From Octopus sinensis (Eukaryota), in assembly GCF_006345805.1 (NCBI RefSeq), contig NW_021827823.1, positions 1 through 9,695 on the forward strand: a stretch of 9,695 nucleotides of DNA, in the 5' to 3' direction. How positions within the stretch are numbered: position 1 is the stretch's first letter; every line of letters starts with the position of its first letter. The notes under the pieces were generated by a model. It was not told the origin of the DNA. It worked only from the letters and a program-made list of their open reading frames with translations, and did no database searches. The position numbers and the translations under genes are program-made. Below are positions 1-7,307 of the stretch, piece after piece.

Positions 1-340
1 TCGTAATAAATAATATATTACCATTCTGAAGACAGAAATGTCAACGACTGGAATAACAGTAATGGATTGCTTGAACTCTGACTTTAAATGTACGAAAACA
101 AAAACGAAACAAAAATATAAGTAAAAACCTATCAAGAATGATAATAGAAACAAATTGTATCAAATAAACAGTGACAAGATTATTCCAGGAACAAAAGTAA
201 CCCTTCACAAACTAGAAGTAAAACAACACCAAAATGCATCAACCAAAACAAAATTTTGATGATTGACGTCTATCCGAAACGTTGACATCTTTTCCATTTG
301 AACCTTACAATGTAACACTCCTTGTTTTCCCGTCCTGCTT

Positions 341-454
341 CTTCTCTTAAACCCCTACTAGAACCACTTCTCTTACACATCCTTAAACCCCTATTAAAAC
401 CCCTTCTCTTATACATCCTTAAACCCCTACTAGATGTCTCTTACACATCCTTAA
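341..454. repeat. Minisatellite, ~36-bp unit, ~3 copies (two near-full, two partial)
   Basis: Unit cttctcttacacatccttaaacccctactagaacca recurs at 341 (lacks ~10 nt), 367, 403 and 437 (partial). Units abut directly, with no unique spacers. Confidence 0.9.
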
Positions 455-1108
455 CTCAATAATGAAGATATTTGAGACAATTCTGATTTATAAATATCTT
501 GGTATATGATCCGGCTTCTCGTTATATTTCATTACAGACATTATCATGAATAAGCGAATGCTTTTAACTCTTTAGTTAATGTCAACAGAACATTAAGGGG
601 GTACTCAAGGCTCCTGGGTTCAACATTAACAACACATTTCAGGAAAGCGCCACTGGAATTTAATCGCTGCCAGGCACGCTTCGCAGGCATATTGTCTCCT
701 CTTTCTGTCTTTTCTGTCTCGACTACCACGGTCTCTGTTCCTTAGATCTGAATGCTCCCGTCTCTGGTTGATCTTTTCCGATCAAATAAATCCGACCTAC
801 ACGTGTTTCTATTATTCTTTTCTCATGTTGCCTGCAACTTTCCCTAATTCAGACTAACCAATATTATTAGTCCTTTCTCCCCTGAACGTCGGCTCTCTGG
901 AGTTTCCTCCCTGTGTATGTCATTCATGCATGTGCTGACATTAACTCAATTGAAGCTCTCCAGTTTCTTAGGGTCTTCATAGGTTATAAGCCCTTCCTCC
1001 AGATGTAGCAAATAGAAAGAAAAAAAGGGGACAGGTAGGCAAAGATTTAATATCTTCCTTAGGAAAAAGAAATGGACACGACTCTTACATATTCGAGCAG
1101 ACAATAAC

Positions 1109-1310
1109 GGTTTCAAATTTTGTCACAAGTGCAACAAATTTAGGGGAAGGGATGAGTCGATTAGATCGACCCCCAGTGTTCAACTGGTCCGTATTTTATC
1201 GACCCCTAAAGGTTAATAGGTAAAGTCGACCTCGGCGGAATTTGAACTCAGACATAGCGACGGGCGAAACACCGCTAAGCATTTCGTCCAGTGCGCTAAC
1301 TATTCTGCCA
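1109..1310 (-). mobile_element. tRNA-derived SINE (octopus-type), extreme 5' end missing
   Basis: The minus strand has an A-box-like TGGCAGAATAGTT (1310-1298) and a B-box-like GAGTTCAAATTCC (1249-1237), followed by a non-tRNA body with repeated tcgacccc motifs. It resembles abundant tRNA-derived Octopus SINEs from memory. The 3' limit near 1109 is approximate. Confidence 0.85.
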
Positions 1311-1326
1311 AATTTAGGGGAAGGGA

Positions 1327-1613
1327 CTAACTTCTTGCTGTTTTGCAATGTCAGAAGCCTTAGAACGGGGTTCATTTTCCACAATACACTTCAAACAGCG
1401 AAGCTTCCCATCCGAGGGCCCAGGTCGGCCAGGACGAGAATCTGTTGATTCTTTACCTTGTATTTTGAATTGTACTATGATTCTATTATCAGTAGCAAGA
1501 GGAATTTGAAGATTTTCGGCAATTTTCCGCTGGCTAAGACCAGCCTCAGATTGCCCAACAATAGGACCTCTTTGAAAATCAGACAGTTCAACTGAATTTT
1601 CTGTGCGTGGCAT
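1327..1613 (-). pseudogene. Tc1/mariner (Tc1-like) transposase N-terminal HTH region, 3'-truncated
   Basis: ATG at 1613 gives [50 protein letters not shown]...SRPGRP...KASDIAKQ. This has the Tc1 ELSDFxRGxIVG start, the HTH and the GRPR-like motif. The DDE domain is absent and the ORF runs into the SINE junction. Confidence 0.88.
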
Positions 1614-1737
1614 GATTACTCTTCGCAAATGGTTAATATAACAGCAATGAATGAAAAAGAATAATTACATAGTAAATTCCACACCGCTGAAAACACATTA
1701 AGACGCTTTGATCAGAAATTTTGAAAATTTAAAGGTG
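1614..1737 (-). mobile_element. Probable 5' UTR / left end of the Tc1-like element
   Basis: Contiguous with the transposase start. A possible terminus is TA|CACC at 1739-1734, but there is no partner TIR in the window, so the boundary is unverified. Confidence 0.3.
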
Positions 1738-2204
1738 TATATTTACTTCCTGCATGTCTGTGTACAACATGACAGAGAGGGAATGGGAGAGTCTTCGCAA
1801 GCCAGCTGCTAGATACAAAAATTACTGATGATTGATTACTGAAGGTTAATGACTGACGACTGATGGCCCCCTAATCTGATCCTGAGGAACAAAACTCCGC
1901 AAAGAGTTACACAAAATCTCCAATGTGAAGAATATCGCTTGCTGTGAATATTTTGTCAATGTGGCTAAAATAATACAATCAATATGGCCGCTGTAACTAG
2001 AATATATGTATATATATTACATACATATAAGAGGAATGACCACTAGGCGGATTCCTATATGCTAAATGAAGACTCCATATGGTCTGACCACTAAGAAAAA
2101 TTGTTCTCAAGAAAATTCGGCAAAACGCCAGAATATAAAGTGAGCAAGACAAATGAAAAGATACAAAATAAAATAAGTCACATACCATGGTTTCATTGTT
2201 TTAC

Positions 2205-2256
<52 letters not shown>
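2205..2256. repeat. (TA)n microsatellite flanking the PLE 3' end
   Basis: Near-perfect TA run read directly. Confidence 0.97.
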
Positions 2257-2260
<4 letters not shown>

Positions 2261-2454
2261 CCATGAGTGTATTTTTACCTTGTTAACAATTAACACGGAA
2301 AAAATAAATAAATAGTTACCAGGGCAGCAAAATCTCACAAGTAAAGATGTTGTAATTACTTGTTTATAAAGGTAGAAACTTCGCGTTTACGTTGAATATT
2401 TTGAATAATATGAATAAAAAAATGGAGTTAACGCAGGTGTAATCAAATATTTTT

Positions 2455-2540
2455 ACTTTCGACACATGTTTCGAAAATTCCACTGATACTATTCAAAAGA
2501 CTAAATGGTATAAACAATGCAATCTTCTCCTCAGGAAAGT
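2455..2540 (-). ncRNA. Type I hammerhead ribozyme
   Basis: Minus strand: ACUUUC (stem I) - CUGAGGA - GAAGAUU...AAUUUUC (stem II, extendable by CAUUG/CAGUG and AUAC/GUAU) - GAAAC - AUGU - GUC^ - GAAAGU (stem I'). All core nucleotides are canonical and stem I is a perfect 6 bp. Predicted cleavage is between 2461 and 2460. Confidence 0.85.
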
Positions 2541-2741
2541 GAAAAAAACGAAACTCGTCAATAAGACATTTTAGCAAAAAATGATGGATTTGTATAGCGA
2601 TAGACAGAACGCTATTAATATTGTTTAAAAAAACGTTATATGATATAACGTCATAAGTAGCTAACAGAAAGAGTAAGGATATTAATAGTGAATGTTAAAT
2701 ATAAAGGAAATTAAAGTTTAAATTATATATAATGATAGAGA

Positions 2742-3131
2742 CTACTTATATGCATTAAATGTATGTTTTTGCCAATGCTTACATCTGTATGCTCGCTCTA
2801 TAACAGTGTTTACTAGAGTACTTTTAGAAAAAATAATGAAAAATAGCTCAGAATTACAGAGAAGACAGAATTTCTTGCCTTTGTCATATGGTATCGAAAT
2901 TGAGAGGATCAACCATTCTAAATGAAATTGTTCATTGTGGTCTTTTAAATCCCAAATCAGTTTGCTGAGACCGGTGCTATTCCGTTTATTTCTATCCCTA
3001 AATGTTGAGTAATGGATAGAAATTCTTTTAGATAACTCTAATAATGTGCTTCCAATGTAAAATCGTACTTTATTACGAATACTGATTATACACTGGTATA
3101 TAGAATTTTTAATCTTAGAGTTACTTGACAT
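2742..3131 (-). pseudogene. GIY-YIG endonuclease domain (C-terminus of a PLE ORF; RT portion lost)
   Basis: IYQC...FYIGST (GIY-YIG motifs), then KRISIH, RNKRNSTGLSKLIWDLKD, PY, CLLCNSE, LVN..IE and CKH. This matches the PLE endonuclease type with a C-terminal CxxC...CxH extension. An in-frame TAG lies 19 codons upstream of the listed Met. Confidence 0.88.
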
Positions 3132-3197
3132 AAACTTAATTCTATTGGAATTGACTTCAGATACAATAACCTTGTTATAATAATTCTAGAGGGTTAG

Positions 3198-3260
3198 ATG
3201 TGTCGAAAGTAAAAATATTTGATTACACCTGCGTTAACCTCCATTTTTTTCATATTATTC
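3198..3260 (+). repeat. Inverted partial copy of the PLE terminal repeat (partner 2403-2467)
   Basis: The reverse complement matches 2403-2467 with no substitutions and two small indels (3 nt and 1 nt). Confidence 0.95.
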
Positions 3261-3397
3261 TTATTATAATATATATATATAATATATATTATATATAATA
3301 TATAATATATATATATATATATAATATATACATATATGTATATGTATATATGTTATGTATGTATGTATTTATGTATGTATGTATGTATGTATGTATG
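3261..3397. repeat. Compound (TA)n then (TATG)n microsatellite
   Basis: Read directly. Confidence 0.93.
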
Positions 3398-3789
3398 AGA
3401 AAGTAAGGAGGGATGTCAGGAAGGGCATCGTTGTTACACTTCCAGAAGGGAAGGGTCTTCCTTTGATTCTGACATGCAATGTCTGTGCAAGACCCTGCCT
3501 CAGTAAAGCTGGACTCATGAGTCATCTTCGTAGTCATAAAGCGTGACAGATGAGTGACAACCTGGCCACTGGTGGTGGTGGTGTAACACACCATACTAAT
3601 CATATCTGTCGGGCATGTGGAAGAGAGTGTAATTCGGCAGGAGGACTTAAACGACATGCAAAGGTACATGAAGCCCAGCTACAACTACAGCCGGTTATTA
3701 CCAGTAAAGGTTTTAGTTGCCAATTTTGTACAAGACATTGTAGATCTTTAGCTGGGCTAAAAAGTCACATTCGATCACAGCACCAGTAA
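3397..3789 (+). pseudogene. 3' end of an RTE-clade non-LTR retrotransposon ORF with three C2H2 zinc fingers; one in-frame stop
   Basis: ORFs 3355-3546 and 3550-3789 share a frame and are separated by TGA at 3544-3546. Fingers are CNVC-x12-HLRSH, CRAC-x12-HAKVH and CQFC-x12-HIRSQH, each with the CxSxxGLxSH/RH signature of RTE C-termini. The element is 5'-truncated at ~3398. Confidence 0.75.
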
Positions 3790-3838
3790 CAGTTAAGCTT
3801 TGTGCAATGGCCATACTCAATAACGAGGGGCAGCCATA
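3398..3838 (+). mobile_element. 5'-truncated RTE-like LINE with short 3' UTR hairpin and (TGTA)n tail
   Basis: The 49-nt 3' UTR contains TGGC-catactcaataacgaggggca-GCCA with an inner CTC/GAG pairing. A (TGTA)n tail follows immediately, and (TATG)n precedes the element. Confidence 0.72.
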
Positions 3839-3990
3839 ATGTATGTTTGTATGTATATATGAATGTATTTATGTATGTATGTATGTATGTATGTATGTAT
3901 GTATGTATATATGTATGTATGTATGCATGTATGTATGTATGTATGTATGTATGTATGTATGTATGTATGTATGTATGTATGTATGTATGT
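3839..3990 (+). repeat. (GTAT)n microsatellite / LINE tail
   Basis: Read directly. Confidence 0.97.
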
Positions 3991-4379
3991 AGGCCTCTTT
4001 GCTGTTTCGATTACTCGAGAAATGTTCTGAAATTGTTGTCTTAACTAAATTATCTTTCATTTCCCGCGGAATATTTTTTTGTTTCGTCTTAAATTCATTT
4101 TATTTTATTGGGAATTTTGTTAACTATACTTTCACTTGTACATTTTACCAATATTTTCCTCGTATTCTCTCTGATCTTTAACATTTCGGATTAAGATATA
4201 TATATATAAAAAAAAAAGCAAAAAAAAAAACAATACGAAAACAACGAAAAAACAAAAAAGAGAGAATATTAAATAAATAAGAGAAGAAATTTTTCAAAGC
4301 TTCACTATATTTGAAAATATATACTTTTTAATCGAAGGTGAAAATAATAACAACAAGACAACAACAACAGCATAAAAGC

Positions 4380-4396
4380 CACACACACACACACAC
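4380..4396. repeat. (CA)8 microsatellite in an A-rich low-complexity region
   Basis: Read directly. Confidence 0.9.
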
Positions 4397-4590
4397 AATA
4401 AAGAATATGGAATATAATCTTTTAGCAATACATCTTTTAAACTACTTTGCAAAAAAAAAAAAGAAAATAAGAGAAAGAGGGGGGAAAAAAAGAATGGCAT
4501 TAAAGAATTGTAATACAAAATATTCTAACTTTATATTTTCATATATTGTTGTCAAATATCTATATATTTTTGTGCATGCGTTATTTGTGG

Positions 4591-4614
4591 TGTATATATG
4601 TATGTATATATATA

Positions 4615-4649
<35 letters not shown>

Positions 4650-4905
4650 CTATATATACATATATATATGTATTATATATATATACATATATATCTATAT
4701 ATATATATATATATATAAATATATTTATATATATATATGTATCTATATATGTATGTAAGTGTGTATGTCTATATATATATGTACATACAGAGATAGACAC
4801 ACATATATCATACAAACATATGTATATATATCTTATATTTATATATATACATATGTGTGTGCGTGTGTGTGTGTCTATGTATGTAAGTATGCATATGTAT
4901 ATAAT
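4591..4905. repeat. Degenerate (TA)n/(TG)n compound microsatellite
   Basis: Read directly. Confidence 0.93.
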
Positions 4906-5401
4906 ATTCCGTACTTTGAATACCACCAGTATGTAACATGAAGCACTTACCATCGTCTTTTGATTTCATTTACCGTAAAAACGTAAAATGGAAGATGTTT
5001 GGCAAAATGCTTAGATTAAATGAAAAAGAATAAAAAAAAAAAACAACCGAAAAAAACTCTTCGGTGCCGTCATTTTAATTAATGTAAGAACTAAATGTAA
5101 TGTCAACATCGAAGTTTAAAGTTTCGCTATTTTACGCAAAAATTCTTCATATTTCTTTTATATAAATTCTTGCATGAGATGTTCTACTTCAACAGTAAAA
5201 GATATTTTTTTTTTGTTTCAAAGTAAGATGAATTACTTAGTCTTTTATTTATTTTGAAATTCTTCTTGCTGGTGTCGTATATATAGAACATTTATTCTTT
5301 TATGGAAGAGTAACTTTTTTTAATACAAGAAAATATTGCGGTCTGTTGCAAGATGAACGATTTTTGTTTTTCTATATCTGTTTATGTATGTAGCCGTGTT
5401 T

Positions 5402-5414
5402 TATATATATATAT

Positions 5415-5489
<75 letters not shown>

Positions 5490-5634
5490 ATATTATATAG
5501 TAATATATATAAATAATATATAAATATATATATATATATAATATTAGATATAGATATATACATATAACAGATATTATACATATATATTATATAGATATAT
5601 ATACTACACATATATATATATATATTATACATAT

Positions 5635-5671
<37 letters not shown>

Positions 5672-5825
5672 ATATACACATATATATAATATAATTATAT
5701 ATATATATTATATATATATATATAATATATATATAAATATATATACATATATATATCTATATATATATATATATATACATATATACATATATATAGACAT
5801 ATTATATATATATATATATACACAC

Positions 5826-5899
<74 letters not shown>

Positions 5900-5989
5900 C
5901 ATATATATATATATATATATACATATAATATATATATATATATATATATTTATATCTATATATATATATATATATATTATAAATAATAA

Positions 5990-6022
<33 letters not shown>

Positions 6023-6044
6023 GATATATATAATACATATATAC

Positions 6045-6118
<74 letters not shown>

Positions 6119-6141
6119 TAGACATATATATATATATATAT

Positions 6142-6177
<36 letters not shown>

Positions 6178-6201
6178 CAAATATATATGTATATATATAC
6201 A
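5402..6201. repeat. ~800-bp degenerate (TA)n microsatellite
   Basis: Read directly; interrupted by CA/GA variants and slippage. Confidence 0.97.
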
Positions 6202-6396
6202 CACGATGGGTGCTGAAAAGTTCTTGGCTTTGGGTAAAGAAAATACAGGAGGATTAGTTAATTCAACATATTTCCCTCCTTATTGCAGCGGTCCTTCAGT
6301 TTTTCTAAGCCCTATAAAAGTACTCGGAAGGTCGGGCCTTCAACCAGGCCTTTTATGATACTCTTAAAGCCAAGAAGCTTTTCAGCAATCCTCGTG
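6202..6396 (-). mobile_element. Mariner-derived MITE (~195 bp)
   Basis: ~30-bp TIRs: cacgatgggtgctgaaaag-ttcttggcttt versus the reverse complement cacgaggattgctgaaaagcttcttggcttt. TA follows the right end, and (TA)n plus an extra CA precedes the left end. The minus strand retains the mariner C-terminal remnant GLEKLKDRCNK...GKYVE (with a deletion/frameshift). Confidence 0.88.

Positions 6397-6423
<27 letters not shown>
6397..6423. repeat. (TA)n microsatellite
   Basis: Read directly. Confidence 0.95.
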
Positions 6424-6427
<4 letters not shown>

Positions 6428-6563
6428 TTTTCTGTGCCCCTTTCTGTAGAAGAGCGTAGGCTCGAAACGTAAAAGACTTTTTCTATTCCTGAGCGTTATA
6501 CTAATACATCTGTTTGTTTTGTATACCACCTATCTTCGTCTTGTTTTTTTCGTAAACTATCCC
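6424..6563 (+). mobile_element. Short 3' stub of a PLE-like element with a hammerhead-like motif
   Basis: Aligns in inverted orientation to 6571-6698 (roughly three-quarters identical by eye). Bounded by TA runs on both sides. Hammerhead-like motif at 6440-6475. The PLE assignment is an inference. Confidence 0.65.
6440..6475 (+). ncRNA. Minimal type I hammerhead-like motif with non-canonical core
   Basis: CUUU - CUGUAGA - A - GAGC GUAG GCUC - GAAAC GUA^ - AAAG. It has a 4-bp stem I, a 4-bp stem II and a palindromic ACGU in place of stem III. It deviates from consensus by A6->U and one extra A. Confidence 0.5.
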
Positions 6564-6570
6564 TATATAT

Positions 6571-6974
6571 GTAGTTGAAATTTACAGAAAAACAAAAGAC
6601 GAAGACAGGTGTATGAACTACAAGCAGGTGTATTAGTTTGACGCTCGGGAAAAATGAAAATGTCTTTTTGGTTTCGAGTCTACGCTCTTCAACAGAAATG
6701 AATATGAGAAAATAAACAGAGAGAATAAAAACAAATCGTGGATTTAGCGGTCAAGCATGGTGACTGGCTGGAAGAATAAAAATTTGACCGGAGAGGTAGA
6801 AGGAAGGGGGGATAATAGAGTATTGGTGATCCCAAAACAAAGGTATGCGTGCGAGTGTCTACATGTGAGAATGTGTAAGTGTGTGCATGATGGTGTATGG
6901 GTGTGTGGATGATGATCTGTGATGTGCGTGCTGGAAAGTGGTCAGTGCTATTATGTGTGGAGTGGTGTGGACCA
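6571..6974 (-). mobile_element. 3' portion of a second PLE-like copy (CA-rich 3' region plus hammerhead-like motif), tail-to-tail with 6424-6563
   Basis: The minus strand has a CA-rich tract (6974-6845), a pyrimidine-rich segment, CUGUUGA A GAGC GUAG ACUC GAAAC (6695-6671), then the same terminal ~100 nt as the + copy, ending at TA. The 5' limit is uncertain. Confidence 0.6.
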
Positions 6975-7077
6975 GGGGATCACTCGGCTCGTCCGTCGAT
7001 GAAGAGCGCGGCTATCCGCGTGAACTGGTGCGAATTGCAGGACTCAGTGAACATCGACACCTCGAACGCACATTGCG
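6975..7077 (+). rRNA. 5.8S rRNA internal fragment (103 nt, truncated at both ends; pseudogene)
   Basis: GGATCACTCGGCTCGTCCGTCGATGAAGAGCGC...GAATTGCAGGAC...GAACATCGACACCTCGAACGCACATTGCG matches the universally conserved eukaryotic 5.8S motifs. About 10-13 nt at the 5' end and ~45-50 nt at the 3' end are missing. No 18S or 28S sequence flanks it. Confidence 0.92.
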
Positions 7078-7307
7078 TGTGTGGTTTGTGGTCGAGTCTA
7101 TGGCAGTGGAGACCTCTGGCATTCTCGTCCCTCGGACAACATCCTTGCTCACCGTTATCCGCAAGCATGAACCACCTGAGTCAGAGAAGCTGTTCCAACG
7201 TATCTTCCTCGTCATCTTTCCGGAAAAGTCCTTTGCTATTTTATCCGCTGGGACCATGAGGCGGACTGAGAAGCCTTTATAGGATTGTTTTTGCTGTAAG
7301 AAAGAGG

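Larger units (their letters stand above)
2257..3260 (-). mobile_element. 5'-truncated Penelope-like retroelement with inverted partial terminal repeat, inserted in (TA)n
   Basis: Contains a GIY-YIG ORF, a hammerhead downstream of the stop codon, and inverted repeats at 2403-2467 and 3198-3260. TA microsatellite lies on both sides. This architecture is typical of endonuclease-positive PLEs. Confidence 0.85.

Noticed and set aside
255-292. Hammerhead-like TTGATGA...TCC GAAAC GTT
   Set aside because: C3 is mutated, stem II is imperfect and no stem I pairing is found; at best a decayed relic.
341-454. 36-bp repeats as a CRISPR array or telomeric tract
   Set aside because: The units are contiguous with no unique spacers, the DNA is eukaryotic and no cas genes are present. 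The AACCCCTA motif is not a TTAGGG array.
1225-1310. Functional tRNA gene
   Set aside because: A and B boxes are present, but the 5' acceptor strand is missing and the sequence continues into a SINE body.
1770-1830. ESLRKPAARYKNY* resembling a Gypsy integrase tail
   Set aside because: The match is too short, with no upstream integrase motifs, polypurine tract or LTR.
3550-3789. Stand-alone host C2H2 zinc-finger gene
   Set aside because: It is in frame with the upstream finger across a single stop, lacks TGEKP linkers, is abruptly 5'-truncated at a microsatellite and ends in a LINE-type UTR and tail.
4338-6202. Many 60-164 aa ORFs rich in YI/YV/CM (also 2101-2286, 3289-3669, 3802-4060, 9368-9646)
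   Set aside because: They are translations of (TA)n and (GTAT)n microsatellites, which lack stop codons.
6975-7077. Functional rDNA unit
   Set aside because: The fragment is truncated at both ends, and no 18S or 28S sequence is recognisable nearby.
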